Source: Promethearchaeota archaeon
Lineage (GTDB): Archaea > Asgardarchaeota > Lokiarchaeia > Sigyniarchaeales > SOKP01
Direction of reading: 5' to 3'
Assembly (NCBI GenBank): GCA_019058445.1
Contig: JAHPZA010000009.1
Coordinates: 64,001-128,000 of the forward strand
DNA length: 64,000 nt
Shown one piece after another: positions 49,242 to 59,509 of this stretch; the first letter of the stretch is position 1, and the number at the start of each line of letters is the position of its first letter. Made by a program: the position numbers and the translations under genes. The notes under the pieces are model-generated. The model saw only the letters and a program-made list of their open reading frames with translations, had not been told where the DNA came from and made no database searches.

Positions 49242-50168
49242 ATGGAAGAATACAAATGTGAAGTACTAATCATAGGTGCTGGACCCGCAGGACTAACCGC
49301 AGGAGTATATTGCGGGAGAGCAAATAGAGATACGATTATCCTTCAGGGAAAAGAGCAATCTGCCTTAGAAAAAACCAAAGAGATACAAAACTGGCTTGGA
49401 GTCCCAAATATTGAGGGGCCTAAGCTCTTAGAGAAATTTAGAATGCACGCGGAAAGTCATGAAACTGTTAAGATTGTTAAGGGGGATGTCATTAGTCTCA
49501 TGATGGGAATGGGAATGAATATGATTTCAACGAGATCAGCGAATATATCTTCTGATGTTGTCATTATTGCTACTGGATCGGGGCAGCGAAAAGAAGTTAT
49601 TAAGGGAGAAAGTAATTTAGTCGGCTATGGAGTATCTTATTGTGCTTTATGTGATGGTCCTTTATATAAAGAGAAGGTTGTTTTCTTATATGGAACTGAC
49701 GAGGAAGTTATAGAAGATGCTTTAGTTTTACACCAAATGGGGTGTATTGTAAATATAATCACTACAGTTGGAATTAATGAATTACCTGGTAAAGTTAATA
49801 AAGTTAAAGAGAGCAAAATTAATATTATAGACAAAACTGAAATTTTGGAAGTGATTTCAAAGTCTGATGGCCTTGTTGAAAAAATTATATGTAAATCACT
49901 AGATACTGAAGAAATAAAAGAATATGAATTGGATTGCTTATTCATCTTTTCTCATGTTCCATCTAATTCTATATTTAAAAAAGCTGGTGTGGAATTAGAT
50001 GATAAAGGTAATATTAAAGTAGATGAAAACCAGCAAACTAATCTTAAAAGCGTGTATGCTGCAGGTGATGTTACGGGAGGTACTTTTCAAGTTGTATTTG
50101 CTGCTGCGGAAGGTGCTCAAGCAGCATTACATGCTTTAAAATATCTTAGATCGATAAAGAAAGATTAG
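49242..50168 (+). CDS. trxB: thioredoxin reductase-like flavoprotein lacking NADPH-binding motifs
   Basis: IIGAGPAG, IIATG, VSYCALCDG, TN..VYAAGD. Confidence 0.85.
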   Translation: MEEYKCEVLIIGAGPAGLTAGVYCGRANRDTIILQGKEQSALEKTKEIQNWLGVPNIEGPKLLEKFRMHAESHETVKIVKGDVISLMMGMGMNMISTRSANISSDVVIIATGSGQRKEVIKGESNLVGYGVSYCALCDGPLYKEKVVFLYGTDEEVIEDALVLHQMGCIVNIITTVGINELPGKVNKVKESKINIIDKTEILEVISKSDGLVEKIICKSLDTEEIKEYELDCLFIFSHVPSNSIFKKAGVELDDKGNIKVDENQQTNLKSVYAAGDVTGGTFQVVFAAAEGAQAALHALKYLRSIKKD

Positions 50169-50230
50169 AATTTATCACCTAGATATTATACTATATTAAT
50201 TTTGTAATATTCGTGAAATATTACCATATT

Positions 50231-51151
50231 ATGGTTGATTATAAAATTTCTGATTTTATTGATGATTACTTAATTGCGAAGGAAATTGAAGAAGGTTGTG
50301 CATCATCAACGATAAAAGCATATAGATATGACCTTCAAAAATTTATCAATATTGTGGGCGACCTCGAGGTTAATTCACCATTTGTTCGTCAAAAAATTAG
50401 ACTCTTTTTGAAAAAGCTTAAGGAAAAAAATTACACTAAAAAAGCTGTTGCTCGGAAAATCGCTTCTTTACGTTCTTTTTTTAAATTCTTAACATTAAAT
50501 GAATTCGTTGAGAAGAACCCTATGAGTACTATCAAAACACCCAAAGTAAAACTCGAAGAAAGTCTGCCTAAGTTTTTATCACTTCCAGACATAGAAGTTA
50601 TTTTTAACAAGTTAAAAGATAGGAAACTCTTTAATACAAGAAAAAGCGAGCGTTATTATTTAGTGGTTAGGTTATTTTATTCTACAATGGCAAGAGTAAG
50701 TGAATTATGCAATATAAAAATACGAGACGTTGATTTTGAGAGAGGATATATTCGATTACGAGGAAAGGGAAATAAAGAAAGAATCGTGCCCGTGGATCGA
50801 AAAACAATTGAGATTATAGAAGAATCCCTGAAGAACAGAATTTATTACAATTCAGAAGATTATTTAATAGTAAATACGAGAAATGAAAAATTAAACCCAA
50901 GAGTAGTCCAGGCAGATATTAAAACAATTAAAGAAAAATGCGGATTCCAAGCTAGTAAAATCATTACACCCCATGTTTTTCGGCATACCGGTGCGACACA
51001 TCTAAGACGCTCAGGAATGGATATTAGTGAATTACAAGATATTCTGGGTCATAGCAGTCCGAACACAACAAGAATTTACGCAAAAAACGATATAACTAAA
51101 TTAAAACAATCCTATAGTCAAATGCATCCATTAAATAATAAGAGTTTTTAA
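50231..51151 (+). CDS. xerA: tyrosine recombinase, XerA/XerC type
   Basis: ARKIASLRSFFKFL; catalytic R (ARVSEL), K (GKGNKER), HxxR (HVFRH), LGH, Y (TTRIY). Confidence 0.9.
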   Translation: MVDYKISDFIDDYLIAKEIEEGCASSTIKAYRYDLQKFINIVGDLEVNSPFVRQKIRLFLKKLKEKNYTKKAVARKIASLRSFFKFLTLNEFVEKNPMSTIKTPKVKLEESLPKFLSLPDIEVIFNKLKDRKLFNTRKSERYYLVVRLFYSTMARVSELCNIKIRDVDFERGYIRLRGKGNKERIVPVDRKTIEIIEESLKNRIYYNSEDYLIVNTRNEKLNPRVVQADIKTIKEKCGFQASKIITPHVFRHTGATHLRRSGMDISELQDILGHSSPNTTRIYAKNDITKLKQSYSQMHPLNNKSF

Positions 51152-51165
51152 AACAAAATATACCA

Positions 51166-52134
51166 TCAAAAGAGCCATAACCCAAGGAAAATAAATATTG
51201 GTACATACATAATTGCCATTATTGTAATAGTAAATACACAGAAGCCTGAAAATTCATAGTCTAGTTCAAAATATTCCGCAAAGGCTACATTAGATACCGC
51301 AGGAGGATCGACAAATAGAAGCATCAGAATGATCAGAACAATTTGACTATTTTCTGGAGGGAATTTTATAAGTTGGGCAAGTATAAAAAAAAGAATAAAG
51401 GAAAATCCTACTCTGATGAGTAAAACCTTAATAAAATCTATATCTCCAATAAATTCACGAAATTTACTAAAATCAAATTTGACAAGTAATACACCAATAA
51501 TTATCGCTCCTAAGAGTGAAGTTGCTCTTGAAAGTAATTCATTTATAGATATAAAAATTTCTTGAGTAAATCGTACGCCAAGAAGATTTAATATTAAACT
51601 TATAACTAAAGCTATAGTTGGTGGAAAAGTAAGCATTTCTTTTAAGTTATCTAAATAACTTTTTGTATTTTTACCGTAAAGAATACATTCATAGGTTAAT
51701 AATGTACTTCTAAATATTTGAGCTGATAAAGAAAATATTATTAATACTGCGATATATTCGGAACCAAATAAACTCAAAACTATAGGTAATGGAAAAAGAA
51801 ATGCATTTGGAAAAGAAACAACACTTAAAATTGACCCTTTTCTTTGATTATCCTCTTTCCCTTTATTCCTAATGATAAGAATGTATGCTAAAATTTGCGT
51901 TGCGGATATCAAAATGATTTGAAATATGATAATATTGATTATTATCGATTCATTTAGAGCTTGATTTGGCAAAAGAAACGCAAATAACACCAATGGAGGA
52001 GCAAGGATAAACAAAAGAATAAACGACAGATATTTTCCTATTTCTTCATTTTTATTCTTAAAAATTCTTCCAAAAATATAGCCAATAGCTATAACTAAAT
52101 AGAAAGTTAATAAGGCAATAAATAGATCATTCAT
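51166..52134 (-). CDS. AEC (auxin efflux carrier) family transporter
   Basis: 10 TMs; FPNAFLFPLP, FPPTIA, DPPAVS repeats. Confidence 0.85.
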   Translation of the reverse strand: MNDLFIALLTFYLVIAIGYIFGRIFKNKNEEIGKYLSFILLFILAPPLVLFAFLLPNQALNESIIINIIIFQIILISATQILAYILIIRNKGKEDNQRKGSILSVVSFPNAFLFPLPIVLSLFGSEYIAVLIIFSLSAQIFRSTLLTYECILYGKNTKSYLDNLKEMLTFPPTIALVISLILNLLGVRFTQEIFISINELLSRATSLLGAIIIGVLLVKFDFSKFREFIGDIDFIKVLLIRVGFSFILFFILAQLIKFPPENSQIVLIILMLLFVDPPAVSNVAFAEYFELDYEFSGFCVFTITIMAIMYVPIFIFLGLWLF

Positions 52135-52379
52135 GAAAAAGAAAATTCTTATAATTTCAAATAGCTGAGTTAATAAGTAAAAATTTGTTAACTTTTTGAA
52201 CTTTTCGAAAAATTATCTTTAATCCAGACGATTATCTAAACTTTTTATTCAATAATTCTTTCCCTAATTATAGATCAATAACAAATTTCCATATTTATAA
52301 GAAAGTTTAAACTATAAATGATCTATATTTTATTATAAATTGAGAAAAAAATAATTAAGATCCTCAAGGATGGACGAAA

Positions 52380-53570
52380 ATGGATGAAGATGCATTTAGA
52401 AAGGAATTTGGACAGCAGAGTGTCTTTAGACAGGCAGCCTCACTCGATTTGAGTTATGTTCCTCCTAAATTATATTGTCGTGATGAGGTAATTAAATCCT
52501 TAATCTATAATTATAGAAGAATTTTAGAAGAAAAAGAGCCTCCATCAATTAACTGCTTATTGCTAGGGAAAGGAGGAGTTGGAAAAACAGTTACAGCAAA
52601 ATATTTTGGAAAAAATTTCAGGAGTATTGCTCTCGAAAAGGATGTGAATCTTTTCATTGAATACTATAACTGCATTAATTTTAGGAGCAAATCAAAAATA
52701 ATTAGAGAACTTTTGGCTAAATATACTCACGGCTCTGGCAGGGGTTTTTCTGATGATGAGGCGTTAAAGCTTATTTTAACCAAACTGATTAATGATGATG
52801 CTTATATGTTTCTGGTAATTGATGAAGTCCAGATTTTAAAATCTGAAGATGTATTAGCCTTTCTGGATATTGCAGAGACTTTTGGACATCATAATGCAAA
52901 ATTATCTATTTTATTAGTTTCAAGAATTAAAGACTGGATGAAAATAGAGACAGAAAGAATTCTCAGCCGATTAAACGAGAAAATAAAATTAAAACCGTAT
53001 GATTTTGATGATTCCAATCTAATTTTACAATATCGAAGTGAAATAGCGTTTAAGGAAAACGTAATTAATGATGATATTTTGGCCATGATAAGCCAAATAG
53101 TTGTAGAAAATAAGAATATGAGACACGGAATTGAAATATTAAGAAAAAGCGGTTTGTATGCAGATAAAGAAGGATTCAATCGTATATCGGCAGATATGGT
53201 AAGAGAAGCTTCAAATGAAGTATATCCCACTTTTCGAGGGGATGTTATTGATAAATTAAATGAGCAAGAACTTCTTGCACTTTATGGAATTGTAAGAACC
53301 CTCATCAATAACGATGAGCCATATGCTTTAGTCGATGATGCATTTGAAGAATATAATGCCGTATGTGAAAGTTATTCAATTGAACCTCACGTAAAAATGA
53401 GCTATAGAAAATATGTCCGCCAATTGAGAGACTTAAAAATAATAGCTTCTAAAACTGTTCGAATTGAAGATGCCCAGCGAGGAAGGCATCTTAAAATTAC
53501 ATTATTAGATATCCCTCCAAGAAAATTAGAAGAACTACTTGAAGATCTATTCGAAAAGAAATTCAAATAG
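52380..53570 (+). CDS. cdc6: Cdc6/Orc1 family replication initiator
   Basis: SYVPPKL..RDE, Walker A GKGGVGKT, YNC, Walker B VIDE, PY...IL..R, C-terminal WH (RGR). Confidence 0.9.
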   Translation: MDEDAFRKEFGQQSVFRQAASLDLSYVPPKLYCRDEVIKSLIYNYRRILEEKEPPSINCLLLGKGGVGKTVTAKYFGKNFRSIALEKDVNLFIEYYNCINFRSKSKIIRELLAKYTHGSGRGFSDDEALKLILTKLINDDAYMFLVIDEVQILKSEDVLAFLDIAETFGHHNAKLSILLVSRIKDWMKIETERILSRLNEKIKLKPYDFDDSNLILQYRSEIAFKENVINDDILAMISQIVVENKNMRHGIEILRKSGLYADKEGFNRISADMVREASNEVYPTFRGDVIDKLNEQELLALYGIVRTLINNDEPYALVDDAFEEYNAVCESYSIEPHVKMSYRKYVRQLRDLKIIASKTVRIEDAQRGRHLKITLLDIPPRKLEELLEDLFEKKFK

Positions 53571-53730
53571 TGTTCATAAAAAAGAAGAATATAATAAACA
53601 TCAATAGTTCTAATACTACTGATTTTTTCTATTAAATTTGTATACATTAATGTAAAATTTATATTAATGGGAGTAATTATTATCTATACTACAATTTAGT
53701 ATAAATTACAATAATGGGTGAATTATCAAA

Positions 53731-54045
53731 ATGTTGTTTGTAATGTATTTTGAGTTAAATCCAGAGAAAGATCCATCGGAAATTTTAGATGCATTTCAAA
53801 AAATCGAAGATGCTAAAATTCGTGACATGCATGAAAAATGGGACGCTAAAGGATGGTATATTACTCCAGATTATTGGGGCGTAGCAATAGTTGAGAGCGA
53901 CAGCGTAGAGGATCATTTAAGAAATGCCAACGCCTGGAGGATAGCACTCCCAGGCATATTTACAGTTTTTAAAACTGGTTTGGCTGCGGAAGTTGAGCAA
54001 TATGCTCCGACATTACTTAAATTAGTCAGAAAACTTAAGAAATAA
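53731..54045 (+). CDS. DUF3303-like protein
   Basis: MLFV N-terminus, GWY....WGVAIVESDS; SD GGTGA. Confidence 0.65.
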   Translation: MLFVMYFELNPEKDPSEILDAFQKIEDAKIRDMHEKWDAKGWYITPDYWGVAIVESDSVEDHLRNANAWRIALPGIFTVFKTGLAAEVEQYAPTLLKLVRKLKK

Positions 54046-54255
54046 TTAATATGTTCTAAGAGATTCAATTTGTTTTCCAAAATTTTATTTTATTAAAACA
54101 TTAAATCTTCTTTTTTTTTATCTTACTTAAAAAATAGCAAACAATAGGTTTCATCGTAAAAATTGGAGGATAAATTAACAAGTAGCTTCTTTATTATTTT
54201 ATTTGGAAGAATATTGACTAATCTCACATACCATTTGAAAGTGTAAATAATGATC

Positions 54256-54486
54256 CTAATATTTCTCCTTTTCGGCTTTACTTTTTGAGTACCACTCTAG
54301 CCATTCTTTACGCCTACTCTTTTTTTGCTGATACTCATCATCGCCATCAATGTTTTGTCTTTTTATCTTTTTCCAGTAGTCATCTAATTCTGATCGTTTC
54401 AAGGACAATCCGCAAGAACTGCAAATCAAGGATTTTGTAGCACTTTCATATTCCATTTTTCCGGCACACTCTGGACAACGGGCCAT
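54256..54486 (-). CDS. small zinc-ribbon protein
   Basis: CPECAG...CSSCG; WLEWY C-terminal helix. Confidence 0.8.
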   Translation of the reverse strand: MARCPECAGKMEYESATKSLICSSCGLSLKRSELDDYWKKIKRQNIDGDDEYQQKKSRRKEWLEWYSKSKAEKEKY

Positions 54487-54649
54487 ATGCTTTCTAATCC
54501 AATTTTTTGATATTCATTAGATCTATTTTATTAATAGAATAAATTAAAGCTAAAATAATTATTGAAAAAATAAATTTACAATATTAACTATTATAAAAAA
54601 ACATTCTACATGGATATTTCAAAATTATAAATTTATTAAGTGAAAGAAA

Positions 54650-55882
54650 TTGAAATCTAAAGTATATTTTTTTACAGCTCGAACTCATACCCATCAAGAG
54701 AGTATGAGTAAGGTCAAGGGTCCCTTGGCACTTAAGCAGTTAGGCATTGAAGAAAAGCTAAAAGCTAACGATAAAATAGTAATTAAAACTCATTTTGGAG
54801 CATTGGAAAATACACGGTATATCCGTCCATCTTATATCCGATTTTTATGTGATTACATTAAACACTTAGGTGCTACTCCCATTGTTGCTGAATCTTGTGG
54901 ATGGGGGGCACCTGAAGAATTTACTGGTGCCCATACCGAATATAGTGGTCGAGCAACTGAGAAAGAATATTTGGAGGTGGCCTTAATGCATGGCTATACT
55001 GAAGAAACCATGGGAGCTCCAATCATTATGTTAGATGGTCCAAAGGGAATTGATGTGGAAAGACAAAAAATACAAGGAAAAAAATTTAATGAAGTTGCTG
55101 TAGCTGGACGTTTAAGAGAATTTGATAAATTGGTGTTAGCATCTCATTTTAAGGGACATATTAGTGCAGGATTTGGAGGCGCTATTAAGAATCTTGGTAT
55201 TGGTTGTGTATCTAAAGGAGGGAAAGTAGAAGCTCACACGGGTAAAACATTTAAATTCAACACAGAGGCACCTATTTCGGATTATGAAGTATGCCTAAAG
55301 ATCTGTCCAACTCATGCGTTAAGTGAAGATAAAAATGGTAAAATAATTAGAGATGAAAAAAAGTGCCGGCTTTGCTATATGTGTCAATCAGTCTGCAAAA
55401 ATAATGCTATTGAGATTGGAGAATCAACCACTGAAGAATTTATCATACAAATGATTGACAACGCCATTGGGGTCGTTGATTTTTTTGGGAGAGAAAATAT
55501 TTTCTATCTTAATTATGCAATTGATATTACTTGGCAATGCGATTGCACAGGGGGTAGCGATATCAACTTATTTCCAGATATAGGCATCTTATCATCTTTG
55601 GATCCTGTTGCCCTTGATCAAGCATGCATTGATTTGGCTCACCTTTCAAAAATCAATCCCTATTCAGTACTAGGAGATATTAAAAATCTTCCAAAAGGAA
55701 ATAATACTGACTGGTTTTCTTATATTCCTCGCTATAATAGAGAAACGAAGAAAATTAATATGAATCTCGAAGGAATAGCATCAAAACAATGGGAGCTTCA
55801 GTTAGAGGCTGCAGAAGAAATAGGGTTAGGATATAGAGATTATGAATTAATTGAAGTTAAGATTGAGCAAAAAGATGAGTAA
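54650..55882 (+). CDS. DUF362 family Fe-S protein with inserted ferredoxin domain
   Basis: IKTHFG, SHFKGH, GGAIKNLGIGC, CRLCYMCQSVC, CDC, DPVALDQA. Confidence 0.9.
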   Translation: MKSKVYFFTARTHTHQESMSKVKGPLALKQLGIEEKLKANDKIVIKTHFGALENTRYIRPSYIRFLCDYIKHLGATPIVAESCGWGAPEEFTGAHTEYSGRATEKEYLEVALMHGYTEETMGAPIIMLDGPKGIDVERQKIQGKKFNEVAVAGRLREFDKLVLASHFKGHISAGFGGAIKNLGIGCVSKGGKVEAHTGKTFKFNTEAPISDYEVCLKICPTHALSEDKNGKIIRDEKKCRLCYMCQSVCKNNAIEIGESTTEEFIIQMIDNAIGVVDFFGRENIFYLNYAIDITWQCDCTGGSDINLFPDIGILSSLDPVALDQACIDLAHLSKINPYSVLGDIKNLPKGNNTDWFSYIPRYNRETKKINMNLEGIASKQWELQLEAAEEIGLGYRDYELIEVKIEQKDE

Positions 55883-56012
55883 AGAATTGTATTAATGATT
55901 AAAAAAAGTTAAATAATCTAAGATAAAGTAATACTATCAATTATGAAAAAATTCTAATAAAAAAATAGGAAAAGTTATTCTGTTAGAATTTGAATAAAAG
56001 AAGTGACAATAA

Positions 56013-58280
56013 ATGGATAAAGAAGAACCGTTTAAGGGTTTAATCAGGCGCACCTATGATAAGTCAATCCCATGGTGGCCTGATCCAAAGTGGTCAGAAA
56101 AAGATAAGCCGAATGTAGTGATTATCCTCTTAGATGATACAGGTTTCGCTCATTTAGGTTGCTATGGTTCTAGCATCGAGACCCCAAATATTGATCGATT
56201 AGCTGAAGGAGGCTTACGTTACACAAATTTCCATACAACTGCTTTATGTTCACCGACGCGAGCGTGTTTACTAACTGGTCGTAATCACCATACCGTTGGT
56301 ATGAGAGCAATTGCTAATTTTGATTCCGGCTTTCCTCATATGAGGGGATACATTACACCTCACGCAGCTACTATTGCAGAAATTTTGAGTGAAGAAGGAT
56401 ACGCAACCTTTGCTGTGGGTAAGTGGCATCTTACTCCAATGATGGAGGCATCACCTGCCGGACCATTTGACAATTGGCCTCTTCAGCGGGGCTTCAATCG
56501 CTTCTATGGTTTTATGCAGGGTGAGACAGACCAGTTTTATCCTGAGCTGACCTGTGATAATCATCCAATCGACCCTCCCTATAGTCCCGAAGAGGGATAT
56601 CATATTAGTGAGGATCTTGTTGATCAAGCAATGGCACTCATCCGTGACCAGAAGTCAATATATCCCAATCAACCTTTTTTCCTTTATTTAGCATTCGGTG
56701 CGACTCATGCACCACACCAAGCCCCACGTAAATTTATTGAGAAGTATCGTGGTCGTTTTGATGCAGGTTGGGATGCTACTCGCGAGGAATGGTATCAAAG
56801 GCAGCTTGAGATGGGCATCATACCGTCCGGCACTAAATTAGCTCCTCGGAATAAAGGTGTTCGTGCCTGGGATAGATTGTCCGAGAACCAGAAAAAATTC
56901 GCACTATGTTTGCAGGAAGTTTTTGCTGGCTTTTTAGATCACACGGACCAACAGATTGGGAGATTAACTTCTTTTCTGGAGCAGCTAGGTGAACTTGATA
57001 ACACAATTTTAATTTTACTTTCAGATAATGGAGCTAGTCAGGAGGGAAGCTCCACTGGGGTCATGGATGAGTTTAAGTTCTTTAATGGAGTGATGGAAGA
57101 TATTAATGCCATCCAAGATCGTCTTGACGAGATTGGTGGACCGCACAGCCATTCTAATATTCCTTGGGGTTGGGCACAAGTAGGAAACACCCCGCTTAAG
57201 TGGTATAAACAAAATACTTTCGGGGGAGGAGTTCGTGATCCACTAATCATCCATTGGCCAAAACGGATACGAGATCGAGGAGGAATCCGTAACCAGTTCC
57301 ATTTTGTCTCCGACATTGTACCTACTATTCTTGAGGTTCTTGATATCGAACCTCCCTCGAATTATAAAGGGATTTATCAGATCCCCATTTCCGGTACATC
57401 AATGGTTTATACTTTTGATAGCCCAAACGTAGCCACTCAGAAAAATGTACAATATTTTGAGATGTTTGGTCATAGAGGTATTTGGATCGATGGCTGGAAA
57501 GCGGTTACTTATCATACAAAAGGAGAACCCTATAAGGATGAAGAGTGGGAACTATATCACTTGGATGAGGACTTTTCGGAATGTAATAATCTAGCATCTG
57601 AAAATCCTAAAAAATTGCGTGAGTTAATTGATTTATGGTGGATAGAAGCTGGGCGGTATGGCGTTCTTCCGCTTGATGATAGAAATATTGAGCTTTTTAG
57701 AGCTGTATTTCGACCAGGAACGCCTCATGCTACACGTAACTATACCTATCATCCCCCAATTAGCCATTTACCCGCAGAAGTTGCACCAGCACTCGGAAAT
57801 CGCACGTGGGTGATGACCACTGAGATAGAGCGCCCAAATAACAGTACTGAGGGAGTTTTAGTTGCTCAAGGCACTCAAAATGGAGGATACAGTTGGTATA
57901 TTAAGGATAATCAATTGGTATTTGATTATAATGTGTTTACAGAACATCATGTGGTACATTCCGATCAGAGTGTGCCCACTGGGAAATGTACGCTTGGAGT
58001 GAAATTTGTAAGAGAAGGGAGAACTGGCACAATTATCCTTTCAATGGATGGTAAGGAGTGTGGTTCAATCTCAGTTCCATATATTTTACGAATGATTTCG
58101 TCAACAGGATTAGATATCGGAAGAGATGGGCTCTCTCCAGTCACTAATGATTATAAAGCACCATTCAAATTTACCGGTACAATTAAAAGAGTCCATATAG
58201 AGCTGCCTCGCTACAGACCGCCTTCAGAAGAGCGTGAGGATAAGGAGGTTAGATATCGTACTGAGATGTCTAAACAATAA
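56013..58280 (+). CDS. arylsulfatase (Cys-type formylglycine sulfatase)
   Basis: PNVVIILLDD, CSPTR (CxPxR), GKWHL, SDNG, WYK. Confidence 0.95.
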   Translation: MDKEEPFKGLIRRTYDKSIPWWPDPKWSEKDKPNVVIILLDDTGFAHLGCYGSSIETPNIDRLAEGGLRYTNFHTTALCSPTRACLLTGRNHHTVGMRAIANFDSGFPHMRGYITPHAATIAEILSEEGYATFAVGKWHLTPMMEASPAGPFDNWPLQRGFNRFYGFMQGETDQFYPELTCDNHPIDPPYSPEEGYHISEDLVDQAMALIRDQKSIYPNQPFFLYLAFGATHAPHQAPRKFIEKYRGRFDAGWDATREEWYQRQLEMGIIPSGTKLAPRNKGVRAWDRLSENQKKFALCLQEVFAGFLDHTDQQIGRLTSFLEQLGELDNTILILLSDNGASQEGSSTGVMDEFKFFNGVMEDINAIQDRLDEIGGPHSHSNIPWGWAQVGNTPLKWYKQNTFGGGVRDPLIIHWPKRIRDRGGIRNQFHFVSDIVPTILEVLDIEPPSNYKGIYQIPISGTSMVYTFDSPNVATQKNVQYFEMFGHRGIWIDGWKAVTYHTKGEPYKDEEWELYHLDEDFSECNNLASENPKKLRELIDLWWIEAGRYGVLPLDDRNIELFRAVFRPGTPHATRNYTYHPPISHLPAEVAPALGNRTWVMTTEIERPNNSTEGVLVAQGTQNGGYSWYIKDNQLVFDYNVFTEHHVVHSDQSVPTGKCTLGVKFVREGRTGTIILSMDGKECGSISVPYILRMISSTGLDIGRDGLSPVTNDYKAPFKFTGTIKRVHIELPRYRPPSEEREDKEVRYRTEMSKQ

Positions 58281-58433
58281 TTACCATTTAAAAATTTAGA
58301 TCTCTATTTTTTTCTTATTTTAATAAATATCTAATTTAAAATGATTTTAAATACAATCATACTCTTATTTAAAAAGGAAATTTACTATTTGATATTATAG
58401 TATACCTTTTTTCAATTAGAAAAGGCGATTCTC

Positions 58434-59408
58434 ATCCCCGAAAGTAGCAGTATATTAAATGATATAAATAAGGTATTCATTCCATGCAGGACCGTGCTAG
58501 AAATGGAAGCAATAATTTCTCTCTATTTATTAAATTCTAATTATGATAGAATTAAAGAAATTCCAGAGTCTCGACCTTCTAGTGATCGGCTTGTTGACAT
58601 ATTAGGTGTTAGAGATCAAAGACTTTTTGTAGATATTATAGATTATTTTATCAATCGAGCAATCCCGAAAGTAAAACCCGTAGTTATGTATGCTCGTGAA
58701 CATCATGAAAGGTATAGAATGGGAAACGTTGCTCCTTACGCAAAAACGCGAGTATGTGTTTATCTCGCACTACATAGATTAAAATTGAAATTTTTAATTA
58801 TTAAAAATTTTTTAGATAAATTCAAATCGGCGAATAACAGCTTAGAATTTGTTTCTGATGAGGAAGCGGAAGAGGATATGACTTTTCTGACCACCTTAGC
58901 CAAGGATTATTATAAAAAAAATAAAATGAATCTGAGACTCATGATTCAGAAGAGAAGAGTTTCAGAAAGAGTTCAAAAATTACTAAATGATAAAGATGCT
59001 ATCACCAGCGACAAATTATTTAAAATGGCAACATTCAAGGTATATCTTGAAAGAGCTAATATAATAAAATTTATTATGCGAGAAATCAAAGCTTCAATTT
59101 TTGTTTGTAGATTAATGTTTGCCAAAATGGACCTTCATAATCCTTTTTCTTTTACAGAAGAAACTGCTTTGGATTTAGAAGAAATTATGATTAGTAATGA
59201 CTTTATTCCTGAGTTATTACCTGCCATATCAAAAGGTTTACAGGATAATAATATATCCCAACTTGAAGATTGTATTAACGCATTTGAATTTTTTATGGAT
59301 AAGGTTTTAAATGGTATTAATAAAGCTATAGAAATAACTTCTGGGGGACAACTCCAAATTGGGTTATACGATGCGATTTATGATATTGGCAATATTTTTG
59401 CATTTTAG
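58434..59408 (+). CDS. hypothetical helical protein; start ATC 58434 (tentative), GTG 58494 or ATG 58503
   Basis: Long ORF; frame open from stop at 58398; AAGGCGAT+4 nt+ATC CCC GAA. Confidence 0.75.
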   Translation: MPESSSILNDINKVFIPCRTVLEMEAIISLYLLNSNYDRIKEIPESRPSSDRLVDILGVRDQRLFVDIIDYFINRAIPKVKPVVMYAREHHERYRMGNVAPYAKTRVCVYLALHRLKLKFLIIKNFLDKFKSANNSLEFVSDEEAEEDMTFLTTLAKDYYKKNKMNLRLMIQKRRVSERVQKLLNDKDAITSDKLFKMATFKVYLERANIIKFIMREIKASIFVCRLMFAKMDLHNPFSFTEETALDLEEIMISNDFIPELLPAISKGLQDNNISQLEDCINAFEFFMDKVLNGINKAIEITSGGQLQIGLYDAIYDIGNIFAF

Positions 59409-59509
59409 CAAGATTCTTTAGATTAAAAATTTCATTTTAAATTCCCACTAAAGAAATATATTAAAATAAAAAAATATCATAGTTAATATTATAATTAAAA
59501 AGTATTTTT

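Noticed and set aside
50169-50230. dif-like site before xerA (CTAGATATTATACTATATTAA)
   Set aside because: The right arm does not mirror the left; no 11-6-11 inverted repeat
52135-52379. Replication origin upstream of cdc6
   Set aside because: AT-rich but no repeated ORB-like TCCA..GGAAA/G-string motif found by eye
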